Below, in pieces: positions 29,623 through 41,725 of a DNA stretch of 64,000 bases (position 1 is its first letter; each line of letters starts with the position of its first letter). Origin of the DNA: an uncultured Gemmatimonadales bacterium. Its GTDB lineage: Bacteria > Gemmatimonadota > Gemmatimonadetes > Longimicrobiales > RSA9. A program made the position numbers and the translations under genes. Where the stretch lies: assembly GCA_963741945.1 (NCBI GenBank), contig CAVUKA010000001.1:96001-160000 (forward strand). The letters run 5' to 3'. Under the pieces are notes generated by a model. It was not told the origin of the DNA. It saw only the letters and a program-made list of their open reading frames with translations, and did no database searches.

Positions 29623-29788
29623 GGGCGGTTCCGTCGAAGGAGGTGAAACGCCTGGCCGCCGGGCGCCTCCAACATACCCGCTCGTCCGGCGACTCGGGAA
29701 GGCCGGACGGGGCGAGGCCCCGCGCATCCGCATTGACGAGCCTCTGCTCCCGCGCGACCTTCCGGCCCGGGAACAACGGAGGAGGCTC

Positions 29789-30985
29789 ATGGCGAGCGGC
29801 GACGGCGAAGTCATGGAACGCGGAGCCCACCCGTGGGGACTCCGTCGCCACCCGGTCGCGTGGGGTGTGGCGGTTGCCCTGGTCCTCGCCGCGGGATGGC
29901 TGGCCGTTCGCGCGCTGACCCCCGCTGCCGTGTCGGGCGTGGCGCTGCAACAGCGCGATGTGGTGAGCACGCTGGTCCTCACCGGCCGTGTCCGGCCGCC
30001 ATCGCGGGTGCAGGCGGGCGCCACCATCGTGGGGACCGTGGAGCGGGTTCCCGTGCGGGAAGGAGACCGTGTTCACGGCGGTGAGGTCCTGGTCGTGCTG
30101 GACGACCGTGAAGCCCGGGCCGCCGTGGCCCAGGCGGAAGCCGCCGTGGCGGAAGCCGCGGCCCAGACCAGCGCCACCGTGCAGCAGGCCGAGAACGAGC
30201 TCCGGCAGGCGGAGCGCGACCTGGAGCGCGTCCAGACCGTGTTCGCGGCGGGCGCGCTGACGCAACAGCAGGTGGAGCAGGCCCGCCAGCGGGCCGACGA
30301 CGCCCGCAGCCGCCTGGAAGCGGCCCGGGCTCACACCGCCCCCGGGTCCAACGCGACGGTCGCCGGGGCTCGAGCCGCTCTGGAGACGGCCCGTGCCCGC
30401 CTGGCGCTCACCCGGGTGGTGGCACCGGCCGCCGGGGTGGTCCTCACCCGCGAAGTGGAGCCCGGAGACGCCGTCCAGCCTGGGCGTGCCCTGCTGGACC
30501 TGGCGCTGGACGGACCCACCGAGCTCGTGGTGTTCCCCTCCGAAGAGAATCTCGGCCAGCTCCGCGTCGGCGCCCCGGCCACGGCCTCGGCGGATGCCTA
30601 TCCGGACTCGACGTTCGCGGCACGGATCTCCAGCATCGCGCCCGCCGTGGATCCCACCCAGGGCACCATCGAAGTGCGGCTCGGGGTGGACGCCCCTCCC
30701 GCCTACCTGCGCCCGGACATGACCGTCTCGGTGAACATCGAAGCGGGTCGGAGCCCCGGGGCATGGGTGCTCCCGGACCGGGCGGTCCGGGGCCTCGGCA
30801 CCGACTCGCCCTGGGTCGCGGTCGCCCGCGACGGCAGGCTCGTCCGCCAGCCGGTGGCCGTGGGGCTCCGGGCCGACCCGCTCGTGGAGATCCTCTCCGG
30901 CGTGGAGCCCGGCGAGCTCGTGGTTCCGCCCGCCGGCTCTCCGGAGCTGGGCAGGCGCGTCCGGGTTCGCTCCCCGGAGAGCTGA
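29789..30985 (+). CDS. Periplasmic adaptor / membrane fusion protein (MacA/HlyD type)
   Basis: GGAGG RBS; N-terminal TM; GTVERVPVREGDRV lipoyl half-motif, coiled coil, APAAGVV, LRPDMTV. Confidence 0.9.
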   Translation: MASGDGEVMERGAHPWGLRRHPVAWGVAVALVLAAGWLAVRALTPAAVSGVALQQRDVVSTLVLTGRVRPPSRVQAGATIVGTVERVPVREGDRVHGGEVLVVLDDREARAAVAQAEAAVAEAAAQTSATVQQAENELRQAERDLERVQTVFAAGALTQQQVEQARQRADDARSRLEAARAHTAPGSNATVAGARAALETARARLALTRVVAPAAGVVLTREVEPGDAVQPGRALLDLALDGPTELVVFPSEENLGQLRVGAPATASADAYPDSTFAARISSIAPAVDPTQGTIEVRLGVDAPPAYLRPDMTVSVNIEAGRSPGAWVLPDRAVRGLGTDSPWVAVARDGRLVRQPVAVGLRADPLVEILSGVEPGELVVPPAGSPELGRRVRVRSPES

Positions 30986-30986
30986 C

Positions 30987-32204
30987 GTGCCCTTCGAGCT
31001 ATTCGTCGCCCTCCGCTACCTGCGGGAAGGCCGGCTCCAGACGTGGCTCATCCTGGCCGGCGTGGGCGTGGGCCTCGGGGCCATCATCTTCGTGTCCGCC
31101 CTCATCACCGGTCTCCAGCAGAGCCTCGTGGACCGCACGCTGGGGAGCCAGGCCCACGTGGTGGTGCGCCCGCCGGAGGAGATGCCCCGGGTCCTGCCGG
31201 ACCCCGACTCCGCACTCCGTGCCACGGTGCTGCAGCGGCCGCCGCAGCGCGTGCGGTCCATCGTGGAATGGCAGCGCGTGCAGGACGTCCTTCGTCGCAT
31301 CCCGGGCGTGGTGGCCGTGGCGCCTACCGTGGCCGGGCCCGCCATGGCCGCGCGCGGGCTCGGCGCCACCTCGGTGACGGTTCGGGGCATCGACATCGCG
31401 AGCTACGAGCCCATCGTCGAGCTGGAAGGCAAGCTCGTGGACGGAGCGTTCGACCTGACGGGGTTCCATGCGGTGGTGGGCACCGAGCTCGCCCGGACGC
31501 TGGGGATCACGGTGGGGAGCCGGATGCGCGTGCAAGCCGCCGGAGGTCGGGCCGGGGTCTACACGGTCTCGGGGATCTTCGACCTGGGCAGCAAGGACCT
31601 CAACGAGCGCTGGGTCTTCGTCTCGCTCCGCGGCGCCCAGACCATGTTCGACCTCGAAGGGGGCGTCTCCACGCTCGAAGTGAAAGGCACGAAGATCTTC
31701 CAGGCCGAGGACCTGGCGGCCCGCATCGAGGACCGTACCGGGCTGGACGCGGAAAGCTGGATGACGCGGAACAGCGACTTGCTGGTGGGCCTCCGCTCCC
31801 AGAGCCAGTCCAGCCGGATGATCCAGGTGTTCGTCATGCTCGCCGTGGCGCTGGGCATTGCCAGCGTGCTCGCCGTCTCCGTGGTGCAGAAGTCACGGGA
31901 GATCGGCATCCTCAAGGCCACGGGCACCCGCACGGCCTCGATCACCCGCATCTTTCTTCTCCAGGGCGCCATCCTCGGGACCGTCGGCTCCCTGCTCGGC
32001 ATCGCCATCGGCGCCTGCCTGGCACTCTTTTTCGCCAGCCTCGCCACCAACCCCGACGGCTCGCCCCGCTTTCCGGTGGACCTCAACCTCTTCCTCTTCG
32101 GCCGATCCATGGCCGTGGCGATCCTGGTGGGAATCCTGTCCGCCATCCTCCCGGCACGCCGCGCCGCCCGCATGGACCCCGCGACGGTCATCCGCAATGG
32201 CTGA
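30987..32204 (+). CDS. ABC transporter permease (FtsX/MacB/LolE type)
   Basis: ALRYLR...; SVVQKSREIGILKATG; LPARRAARMDP. Confidence 0.92.
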   Translation: MPFELFVALRYLREGRLQTWLILAGVGVGLGAIIFVSALITGLQQSLVDRTLGSQAHVVVRPPEEMPRVLPDPDSALRATVLQRPPQRVRSIVEWQRVQDVLRRIPGVVAVAPTVAGPAMAARGLGATSVTVRGIDIASYEPIVELEGKLVDGAFDLTGFHAVVGTELARTLGITVGSRMRVQAAGGRAGVYTVSGIFDLGSKDLNERWVFVSLRGAQTMFDLEGGVSTLEVKGTKIFQAEDLAARIEDRTGLDAESWMTRNSDLLVGLRSQSQSSRMIQVFVMLAVALGIASVLAVSVVQKSREIGILKATGTRTASITRIFLLQGAILGTVGSLLGIAIGACLALFFASLATNPDGSPRFPVDLNLFLFGRSMAVAILVGILSAILPARRAARMDPATVIRNG

Positions 32205-32922
32205 TCCCGCCTCCCCCCTTCTCCAGGCCCGAGGGGTCGCCATGGTGTACGGCGAGCGAATCCTGACGCCCGTCCTGAAGGGGATCGACCTGGACCTCCG
32301 CGCCGGCGAGTTCTGCGCCCTCACCGGACCCTCGGGCTCGGGCAAGACCACGCTCCTGAACCTCATCGGCCTGCTGGCCCGGCCCACGGGCGGACGGATC
32401 GCCCTCGACGGCCATGACACCGGCCACCTGGACGACGACGCGCGCACCCGCCTGCGCACCCGGCTTCTCGGCTTCGTGTTCCAGTTCCACCATCTGCTGT
32501 CGGCGTTCACGGCGGCGGAGAACGTCATGATGCCGCTGCTCTCGCGACACGGGCGCAGGCAGTCCTGGATGCGACGGCGGGCGCTGGAGCTTCTCGGGCA
32601 GGTGGGGCTCACGGACCGGGCCGACTACCGGGTCATCGACCTTTCGGGAGGACAGCAGCAGCGCGTGGCCGTGGCCCGGGCCCTCGTCATGGACCCACCG
32701 CTGGTCCTGGCCGACGAGCCCACCGGGAACCTGGACACCGAGGCCGGTCGCCAGGTGATCCGCCTGCTGCGCTCCTTCAACGAGCGCCAGGGAACGGCTT
32801 TCCTCATCGTCACCCACGACGATCACATTGCCCGCCACTGCGAACGGGTGGTGCACATGGTGGACGGCCGGGTCGATTCGGACACTCGCAACGGTGCCGC
32901 CGTTCCACACCCATCGGGCTGA
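32197..32922 (+). CDS. ABC transporter ATP-binding protein (LolD-like)
   Basis: GPSGSGKT, FVFQFHHLL, LSGGQQQRV, LADEPTGNLD and VTHD motifs. Confidence 0.95.
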   Translation: MADPASPLLQARGVAMVYGERILTPVLKGIDLDLRAGEFCALTGPSGSGKTTLLNLIGLLARPTGGRIALDGHDTGHLDDDARTRLRTRLLGFVFQFHHLLSAFTAAENVMMPLLSRHGRRQSWMRRRALELLGQVGLTDRADYRVIDLSGGQQQRVAVARALVMDPPLVLADEPTGNLDTEAGRQVIRLLRSFNERQGTAFLIVTHDDHIARHCERVVHMVDGRVDSDTRNGAAVPHPSG

Positions 32923-32967
32923 CTCACACGGCCTCACGCCATAGCGCCGGATGCCGACTGCGGGCCG

Positions 32968-33576
32968 TCATGCGAAGTACAGCGCCCCGGTGACCAGCAG
33001 ATACATCCCCAGCCCGGCGAGCACGACCGCCGAGATGCCCAGCAGCGCGCGCCGGGCACGCGAACTCAGGAAGCGTGCAGTGCCGGCGAGCATGACGAAC
33101 GCGGCCGTCGTCGCGACCAGCACGCCATAGAAGGTGACCAGCAGGGCGATTCCTTCGGCGGGGCGTCGGTGCCACGCCGTCAGCAACGCGGGTCCGAGGA
33201 TGAACGCCCAGCCCAGGTAGGCGTTGGGATTGAGCAGGTTCACCAGCACGGCCTGGAGGAGCGTCCGCGGCGCCGAGCCGGACGCATCGGGCTCGGCCTC
33301 GCTGCGCGTCTCACGAAACGCGGTCCACGCGAGGTAGACCAGCAGGACGCCACCGGCCATCCGCAGCCCCTGTTGCGCCCGGGGCGAGAGCTGGCCCACG
33401 ACCAGCAGCACCCCCACCGCTATGGGCCCATCGCTGAGCAGTGGCGCCAGCGCCGCCGGCAGCGTCCGCTTCCACCCCGTCGCAAACGTGCGGGAAAGCA
33501 GGAACGCCTGGAGCGGGCCCGGCTGGAGCCCGGCCGCGAACGCGTAGCCGCCCGCGAAAAGGATGGACTGGAGCAT
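32968..33576 (-). CDS. LysE-family transporter
   Basis: AAGLQPGP; LVNLLNPNAYLGW; six hydrophobic segments. Confidence 0.88.
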   Translation of the reverse strand: MLQSILFAGGYAFAAGLQPGPLQAFLLSRTFATGWKRTLPAALAPLLSDGPIAVGVLLVVGQLSPRAQQGLRMAGGVLLVYLAWTAFRETRSEAEPDASGSAPRTLLQAVLVNLLNPNAYLGWAFILGPALLTAWHRRPAEGIALLVTFYGVLVATTAAFVMLAGTARFLSSRARRALLGISAVVLAGLGMYLLVTGALYFA

Positions 33577-33702
33577 GGCGGAGTATAGCGCGTGCCCGCC
33601 GCTCGCGCGGCTGCCCGCGGGCGGGACGGCAGCCCGGTCGACGGGGCGCCCCCCGGAGGTTAATCTCTCCGCTCGGCGAAGGGGCAGAACACGGGGGGAG
33701 AC

Positions 33703-34062
33703 ATGGAGAAGCGGACGACGAAGGACCTGGTCGACGACCTTATGGCCCGAGCGGGGGAGGAGGGCGTCCTGCGGGCCGGGCTCGTGGTGGGCTTCGAGGA
33801 TCGGACGGAGACCGTCTGGTCCACCGACACGCACGCACTGCGCACGTTGAACGGGCTGCTGAGAGAAGGCGGGATCCCGGTGGGGCTCGCCCGGTTCGAG
33901 AACGGTGGACTCGAGGTGAACACGCTCCCCGAGTTCGAGGGAGTGGAGTGGGCGGAGCGGTACCTGGTGAGCATCGCCCGGGAGATCATGCAGGGGCTGG
34001 CGCTGCACCTGGGCGTCGACTACGAGCAGGCGCAGGCGCCCGGGGAGGGGCCGCGATCCTGA
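33703..34062 (+). CDS. Hypothetical protein
   Basis: GGAG RBS; 119 aa of globular composition with host-like codon use. Confidence 0.7.
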   Translation: MEKRTTKDLVDDLMARAGEEGVLRAGLVVGFEDRTETVWSTDTHALRTLNGLLREGGIPVGLARFENGGLEVNTLPEFEGVEWAERYLVSIAREIMQGLALHLGVDYEQAQAPGEGPRS

Positions 34063-34325
34063 GCGAGGTCAGAGCGTTGTCTCCCCACGGGAGACCGCGC
34101 GCCGGACGAATCGGTGGTCACGTCTTGACCCACCGGCACCACTCCCCGCATCGTGCAGCAACGATCTGAAAGGGGGGTTGAATTTCTGGTCCGATCTCTT
34201 GCCGCGCCCGTGTCCCCATTCCGGTGCGCAGCCGCTCGCGGGAGGTCTGACCGTTCAATCCTCATCGTGGACTCGATCTTCGCGCTCGTGGTTCGGCGAG
34301 CGAGGTGCCCCTGACGAAGCATGCG

Positions 34326-34345
34326 CTGAATGAGCGCTCGTTCAG
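34326..34345. promoter_or_regulatory. FadR(TetR)-like operator CTGAATGAGCGCTCGTTCAG
   Basis: 20-bp palindrome with one mismatched pair, 19 bp before fadB; resembles the Bacillus FadR/YsiA box TGAATGA-N4-TCATTCA. Confidence 0.7.
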
Positions 34346-34364
34346 TTGCGAAACGGAGGTTCCC

Positions 34365-36608
34365 ATGACGTTCGAAGGGCAGTCGATACAGTGTACTGCG
34401 CTCGATGGAGGGATCACGGAGATGCGGTTCGATCTCCAGGGCGATTCCGTCAACAAGTTCAACCGTGCCACTCTGGACGAGCTCCGTGAGGTGGTGGCGC
34501 TCCTCGATGCCGACAGGGACGTCCGGGGCCTTCTGGTCACGAGTGGCAAGGACGGCTTCATCGTCGGCGCCGACGTCACCGAGTTCACCGAGTATTTCAG
34601 CTACAGCGAAGAGGAGCTGATCGATTATCTGCTCGACGTGCACCGGGTGTTTTCGACCGTCGAGGATTTCGATTTCCCGTCCGTGACGGCGATCAACGGA
34701 TTCGCGCTCGGCGGCGGCCTCGAGTTCGCGCTGACCACGAGCTATCGCGTGATGTCGTCGATGGCGAAGATCGGCGTTCCCGAGACGAAGCTGGGGATCT
34801 TTCCCGGCTTTGGAGGGACCGTGCGACTCTCCCGTCTCGCCGGCGCTGACAACGCCATCGAATGGATCGCCGGTGGCAGTCAGTACGACGCCGCAACCGC
34901 ACTGAAGACCGGCGTCGTCGACGCGGTCGTCGCCCCCGAGAAGCTGCGGGATGGCGCGCTGGACCTGCTCGAGCAGGCAATGGCGGGCCGGAGGGACTGG
35001 AAAGCGCGCAGAACCGAGAAGGTCTCGCCGCTCAAGCTCAACCTGACCGAGAGCATGATGGCGTTCGAGACCGCGAAGGGTTTCGTCGCCGGCAAGGCGG
35101 GGCGGAACTATCCGTCGCCGGTGGCCGCGATCAAGGCGATCCAGCAGGGCGCGACGATGGAGCGGGACGACGCGCTGAGCGTCGAGGCGAAGGGCTTCGC
35201 CCGCATGGCGAAGACGCCCACCGCCGCCAACCTGGTCACGATCTTCCTCGGCGATCAGTACGTGAACAAGGTGGCGAAGACCCTGGCGAAGACGGCTCCG
35301 AAGGTGGAGTCGGCCGCGGTGCTCGGCGCGGGGATCATGGGCGGCGGGATCGCCTACCAGTCGGCGTCGAAGGGCGTTCCCATCGTGATGAAGGACATCG
35401 CCGAGAAGGCGCTGGACCTCGGCATGTCCGAGGCGCGCAAGCTCCTGGGGAAGCAGCTCGCGCGTGGAAAGATCACCCCGGACGAGATGGCGGACACCCT
35501 GACGCGGATCCGCCCGACGCTCGCCTTCGGCGACTTCGCCGACGTGGACATCGTCGTGGAAGCGGTGGTGGAAAACGAGAAGATCAAGAAGTCGGTCCTG
35601 GTCGAGGTCGAGGAGGAGGTGAAGGAGGACGCCATCCTGGCCAGCAACACCTCGACGATCTCGATCACGCGGCTCGGCGAGGGGCTGAAGCGGCCGGGGA
35701 ACTTCTGCGGCATGCACTTCTTCAACCCGGTCCACAGGATGCCGCTGGTGGAAGTCATCCGTGGCGAGGCGTCGAGTGAGCGGGCGGTGGCCACCACGGT
35801 CGGCTACGCGCTGGCGATGGGGAAGACGCCGATCGTCGTGAACGACTGTCCGGGGTTCCTGGTGAACCGCGTCCTCTTCCCCTACTTCACCGGCTTCATG
35901 AAGCTGGTGAACGAGGGCGTCGACTTCCTCAGGATCGACGCGGTGATGGAGAAGTTCGGCTGGCCGATGGGGCCCGCCTACCTGCTGGACGTGGTGGGCA
36001 TCGACACGGCGCACCACGCCAACGCGGTCATGGCCGAAGGATACCCCGACCGCATGGCGACGTCGGACCGGAGCGCCATCGACGTCATGTTCGAAGCGGA
36101 GCGCTTCGGACAGAAGAACGGCAAGGGCTTCTACGCCTACGTCCCGGACAGGAAGGGCAAGCCCACGAAGACCGTCGATCCCGAGGCGCAGGCGCTCCTC
36201 GAGCCGCTGGTCCAGACCGACAACAGCGCCTCGATCAGCGAGCAGGACATCATCGACCGCATGATGCTCCCGCTCCTCATCGAATGCTCCCGCTGCCTCG
36301 AGGATGGGATCGTCCGCACGCCGATCGAAGTCGACATCGCCCTGGTCTACGGGCTCGGATTCCCGCCGTTCCGCGGCGGCCCTTTCCGGTACGCCGACTC
36401 CGTCGGTCTGCCCGCCCTCGTGGAGACGGCCGGCAGGTACGAATCGCTTGGAAAGCTCTATGAGCCCACCGCGCAGATGGTGCGGCTCGCCGAGCGGGAC
36501 GGGCAGTTCCACGAGCCCGGCCACGCCTCCGGCCGGGGATCCGATGAACAGCAGCGAGAGGCCGCGGAGGTCGCCGAGCTCGCGGGAACCGTCAAGGAAG
36601 AGAGGTAA
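34365..36608 (+). CDS. fadB: Fatty acid oxidation complex alpha subunit (enoyl-CoA hydratase / 3-hydroxyacyl-CoA dehydrogenase)
   Basis: [73 protein letters not shown] and [10 protein letters not shown] motifs. Confidence 0.95.
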   Translation: MTFEGQSIQCTALDGGITEMRFDLQGDSVNKFNRATLDELREVVALLDADRDVRGLLVTSGKDGFIVGADVTEFTEYFSYSEEELIDYLLDVHRVFSTVEDFDFPSVTAINGFALGGGLEFALTTSYRVMSSMAKIGVPETKLGIFPGFGGTVRLSRLAGADNAIEWIAGGSQYDAATALKTGVVDAVVAPEKLRDGALDLLEQAMAGRRDWKARRTEKVSPLKLNLTESMMAFETAKGFVAGKAGRNYPSPVAAIKAIQQGATMERDDALSVEAKGFARMAKTPTAANLVTIFLGDQYVNKVAKTLAKTAPKVESAAVLGAGIMGGGIAYQSASKGVPIVMKDIAEKALDLGMSEARKLLGKQLARGKITPDEMADTLTRIRPTLAFGDFADVDIVVEAVVENEKIKKSVLVEVEEEVKEDAILASNTSTISITRLGEGLKRPGNFCGMHFFNPVHRMPLVEVIRGEASSERAVATTVGYALAMGKTPIVVNDCPGFLVNRVLFPYFTGFMKLVNEGVDFLRIDAVMEKFGWPMGPAYLLDVVGIDTAHHANAVMAEGYPDRMATSDRSAIDVMFEAERFGQKNGKGFYAYVPDRKGKPTKTVDPEAQALLEPLVQTDNSASISEQDIIDRMMLPLLIECSRCLEDGIVRTPIEVDIALVYGLGFPPFRGGPFRYADSVGLPALVETAGRYESLGKLYEPTAQMVRLAERDGQFHEPGHASGRGSDEQQREAAEVAELAGTVKEER

Positions 36609-37775
<1,167 letters not shown>

Positions 37776-37811
37776 CGACCGGGCCCACTGAACGAATTCA
37801 CTCGAGGGAAC

Positions 37812-39629
37812 ATGGCTCAGATTCTCGTTGACCGAAGAGATGTGGACTTCGTCCTCCACGAACAGCTGGAGGTCGAGAAGCTCGCCGAACACGAGCGCTT
37901 CGCCGAATTCAACCGGAAGGTGGTCGACCTGGTCATCTCCGAGGCGAGGACGCTCGCCGTGAAGGAGATCCTCCCCACGCAGACCGATGGCGACCGCATT
38001 GGCGCCCGGTTCGACAGCGGCAAGGTGACCGTCCCCGAGTCGTTCCACGGCGCGTGGTCGGCACTGAGAGAGGGGGAGTGGCTGGCGCTGACGGAGGACC
38101 TGGAGTGGGGTGGTCAGGGGATGCCCCGGTCGGTGGCGTCGGCCGCGACGAACTTCCTTCACGCCGCGAACTTCCCCTTCCTGATGTACGGGGGCCTCAG
38201 CCACGGCGCCGGGAAGCTCATCGAGACGTTCGGGACCGAGGAGCAGAAGAAGCTCTTCGTCAAGAAGCTGTACACCGGAGAGTGGACCGGCACCATGCTG
38301 CTGACCGAGCCGCAGGCGGGGTCGGACGTGGGCGCGCTCGAGACCACGGCCACGCCGAACGGCGACGGGACCTATTCGATCGTCGGGAACAAGATCTTCG
38401 CGTCGTCGGGAGAGCACGACCTGGTGGACAACATCATCCATCCCGTGCTCGCGCGCATCGAGGGCGCGCCCGCTGGCACTGCTGGCATCTCGCTTTTCAT
38501 CGTCCCGAAGCTCTGGGTGAACGAAGACGGCAGCCTGGGCGAGCCGAACGACGTGGTCTGCACGGGCATCGAAGAGAAGATGGGGATCCACGGCAACGCC
38601 ACGGCCTCCCTGTCGCTGGGGAGCAAGGGGCAGTGCCGGGGCATGCTGCTGGGCGAGCCGAACAAGGGCATGCGCTCGATGTTCCTCATGATGAACGACG
38701 CCCGGCTGATGGTGGGCGACCAGGCACTCGGCGCCGCCAGCGCCTCGTACATGTTCTCCCTCGATTACGCCCGCACGCGCATCCAGGGGCGGGACCTCCG
38801 CCAGATGAGGGACAAGGAAGCCCCGGGCGTGCCGATCATCCGGCACCCGGACGTGCGCAGGATGCTGATGCTCATGAAAGTGTACGTGGAGGGGCTGCGG
38901 AGCCTCTCGCTCTACATCGCCCACTGCTTCGACCGGATGGCGATCGCCAATGATCCGGACGAGCAGACCCGGCTCCAGGGCATCGTCGACTTCCTGATCC
39001 CCATCGCCAAGGGCTACACCACCGAGCGGAGTGTGGACGTGTGCGACCTCGGGGTCCAGGTGTACGGCGGGTACGGCTACATCAAGGAGTATCCGGTGGA
39101 GCAGCTGCTGCGCGACTCCCGGATCACGCCCATCTACGAGGGGACCAACGGCATCCAGGCCATGGACCTGCTCTTCCGCAAGCTCGGCCAGAATGGTGGG
39201 CGGCCGATCCTCGATATCGCCGAGGAGATCCGCGACGTCATCGCGGACGCCGCCGAAGTGGAGGGGACGGCCGCCATGGCCGACACCATCGAAAAGGCCC
39301 TGATCCGTCTCGAAGAGGTGGCCCGGCACCTGGGGCAGACGGCCATGTTCGGCGAGCTCCCCGTGGCGGCGGCGCACGCCCACCCGTTCCTCGAGGTCTG
39401 CGGCGACATCATTGTCGGCTGGATGCTGCTGTGGCGCGCCCGCATCGCGGCGGAAGCGCTCGCCGCGGGAGCGAAGCGGAAGGATGCAGCGTTCTACGAG
39501 GGCCAGATCTGGAGCGCCGAGTTCTACACGCAGAACATGCTCCCGGTCACCCTCGGGAAGATGGACGTGATCCTGTCGGGCAGCAGCGTGGTGGTCGACA
39601 TCCCCGAGGACGCGTTCGCGGCCCGGTAA
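37812..39629 (+). CDS. Acyl-CoA dehydrogenase (about 600-aa type)
   Basis: TMLLTEPQAGSDVG, GNKIF, EEKMGIHG, QVYGGYGY and IYEGTNGIQAMDL motifs. Confidence 0.95.
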   Translation: MAQILVDRRDVDFVLHEQLEVEKLAEHERFAEFNRKVVDLVISEARTLAVKEILPTQTDGDRIGARFDSGKVTVPESFHGAWSALREGEWLALTEDLEWGGQGMPRSVASAATNFLHAANFPFLMYGGLSHGAGKLIETFGTEEQKKLFVKKLYTGEWTGTMLLTEPQAGSDVGALETTATPNGDGTYSIVGNKIFASSGEHDLVDNIIHPVLARIEGAPAGTAGISLFIVPKLWVNEDGSLGEPNDVVCTGIEEKMGIHGNATASLSLGSKGQCRGMLLGEPNKGMRSMFLMMNDARLMVGDQALGAASASYMFSLDYARTRIQGRDLRQMRDKEAPGVPIIRHPDVRRMLMLMKVYVEGLRSLSLYIAHCFDRMAIANDPDEQTRLQGIVDFLIPIAKGYTTERSVDVCDLGVQVYGGYGYIKEYPVEQLLRDSRITPIYEGTNGIQAMDLLFRKLGQNGGRPILDIAEEIRDVIADAAEVEGTAAMADTIEKALIRLEEVARHLGQTAMFGELPVAAAHAHPFLEVCGDIIVGWMLLWRARIAAEALAAGAKRKDAAFYEGQIWSAEFYTQNMLPVTLGKMDVILSGSSVVVDIPEDAFAAR

Positions 39630-39645
39630 GGATCCGAAGGAGGAC

Positions 39646-41706
39646 GTGATGGGCCAGATGCCGTTTTCTCCGGCGGCCGCGACGATCGCCGGCATCCCGG
39701 GGTACGTGCTGTTCCTGCTGATCGCGCTGGTGGCGATCGGCATCTTCGCCTGGGTGATCGCGCGCCGCGCGGTGCCGCTGCGCCGCGGCGCGCCAGACCC
39801 GCGCCTCCGTCGAATCCCCGAGCGGGTCGGGAGGGTGGTGAAGTACTGGCTCGGGCAGTGGCGGCACCCGCGCTACCCCCTTGCCGGGGTGCTTCACATC
39901 ATCGTGTTCTTCGGGTTCCTGGTCCTGCTGATACGGTCGACGGAGCTCGTGCTCCTGGGGATCTTCCCGGGATTCGGAATGCCGGGGCTCGGCGGAGGTC
40001 TCGGCGGCGCCTATGATGTCGTGAAGGACTACGCCTCGACTGCGGTCTTCGTAGCGGTCGTGATCCTCGCGATCCGTCGTGGCTTCTTCAGGCCCGCCCG
40101 CTATGCCGTTCCCGAGAAGCTGGGGAAGGATCACACCGCGGAGGCGCTGCTGGTTCTGGGCTTGATCGCGATCCTCATGATCTCCGAGAGCCTCTTCGAG
40201 GCCAGCCTGCTCGCTGCCGATCCGGAAGCCGCCCGCGCCCCCGTGCTGACTCTGGCGTGGGCCTTCGGGCTGCTGCTGTCCGGCACGGCAGTCCCGACCC
40301 TGGCCTCGCTCAACCTGGCGGCGTACACGGTCCACGACCTGACGTTCTTCTCGTTCCTCTGCATTCTCCCGTTCGGGAAGCACTTCCACGTCATCACCTC
40401 GATCTTCAACGTCTTCTTCATGCGGCTGGAGACCGGCACCGTGAAGCCGGTGCGCCACGGCGTCCCGGACGCGGCGCTCGATGACCTCGAGTCGTTCGGT
40501 GTCAAGCGGTTCGAGGACTTCACGTGGAAGCACATGCTGGACTTCTACAGCTGTGTGGACTGCGGCCGCTGCTCCGACCACTGCCCCGCCACCCGGGTGG
40601 GCCGCCCGCTTTCTCCCCGGTTCATCAGCATCAAGGCCCGTGACTACGCGTTCGATCACTACCCGGTGCTCGGCAGCTCCGGGGCGGAGCCGGCACCGCT
40701 GGTCGGCGGCATCTACAGCGAGGACGAGATCCTGTCGTGCACCACCTGCGGCGCGTGCGAGCAGGAGTGCCCGGTGGCCATCGAGTACATCGACAAGATC
40801 GTGGATCTACGCCGCGGCATGGTGGATGACGGCAATGTTCAGCAGTCGTTCCAGAAGCCGCTGGCCTCCCTCCAGAAACGGGGCAATCCGTGGGGCAAGC
40901 TCGAGAGGAAGCGCGCGGAGTGGGTGGACGGAGTCGGCGACGGGGCGGCACTCAAGCTCGTCGAGAACGGGGACACGGCCGGGACGCTGTACTTCGTCGA
41001 CAGCATCACCTCGTATGATGATCGGATGCAGAAGATCGCGCAGGCCACGGCGCGCGTCCTCGCCAGGGGAAACATCGACTTCGTCGTGATCGGCAAGGAC
41101 GAGAAGGACAGCGGCAACGACGTGCGGCGTTTCGGCGAGGAGATGCTGTTCCAGATCCTGAAGGAAGAGAACACCGAGTCGATCCGTGCATCCGGGGCGC
41201 AGGACATCGTCGTGAACGACCCGCACACGCTGAACACGCTGCGCCACGACTACGAGGATATGCCCCGGGTCCGGCACGTCAGCGAGCTGATCGCCGACGC
41301 GGTGGGAAGTGGGCGGCTGAAGCTGAAGCCGATCGCGGGGTCGTCGAAGACCTACACGTATCACGATCCCTGCTACCTCGGTCGCCACAATGGCACCTAC
41401 GATGCCCCGCGGCAGGCGATCGACGGCATTCCGGGGCTGAAGCGCGTCGAGATGGAGGGCAACTGCCGCGACCGCTCCTTCTGCTGTGGGGGTGGCGGCC
41501 TGATGCTCTTCTACGAGCCGCAGGAGGATCAGCGGATGGGCGTGGTCCGGGTCGAGCAGGCCCGGGCGGCGGGCGCCGACGTGATCGTCACCGCCTGCCC
41601 GTACTGCCTGACGAACATCGAGGACGCCATCAAGGTGGCCGGCCTGGAGGGCGAGATGGAGGCCCTCGACCTGGTCGAGCTGATCGATGGGCAGCTTGAG
41701 AACTGA
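39646..41706 (+). CDS. Membrane heme b / Fe-S oxidoreductase (FadF / DUF224, ETF:quinone oxidoreductase EMO-like)
   Basis: N-terminal TM domain with His residues (LHIIVFFGF, KHFHVI); CVDCGRCSDHCP and CTTCGACEQECP; C-terminal HDPCYLGR, CCGGGG and TACPYC. Confidence 0.88.
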   Translation: MMGQMPFSPAAATIAGIPGYVLFLLIALVAIGIFAWVIARRAVPLRRGAPDPRLRRIPERVGRVVKYWLGQWRHPRYPLAGVLHIIVFFGFLVLLIRSTELVLLGIFPGFGMPGLGGGLGGAYDVVKDYASTAVFVAVVILAIRRGFFRPARYAVPEKLGKDHTAEALLVLGLIAILMISESLFEASLLAADPEAARAPVLTLAWAFGLLLSGTAVPTLASLNLAAYTVHDLTFFSFLCILPFGKHFHVITSIFNVFFMRLETGTVKPVRHGVPDAALDDLESFGVKRFEDFTWKHMLDFYSCVDCGRCSDHCPATRVGRPLSPRFISIKARDYAFDHYPVLGSSGAEPAPLVGGIYSEDEILSCTTCGACEQECPVAIEYIDKIVDLRRGMVDDGNVQQSFQKPLASLQKRGNPWGKLERKRAEWVDGVGDGAALKLVENGDTAGTLYFVDSITSYDDRMQKIAQATARVLARGNIDFVVIGKDEKDSGNDVRRFGEEMLFQILKEENTESIRASGAQDIVVNDPHTLNTLRHDYEDMPRVRHVSELIADAVGSGRLKLKPIAGSSKTYTYHDPCYLGRHNGTYDAPRQAIDGIPGLKRVEMEGNCRDRSFCCGGGGLMLFYEPQEDQRMGVVRVEQARAAGADVIVTACPYCLTNIEDAIKVAGLEGEMEALDLVELIDGQLEN

Positions 41707-41725
41707 TCGATCCGAGAGGAGCGAC

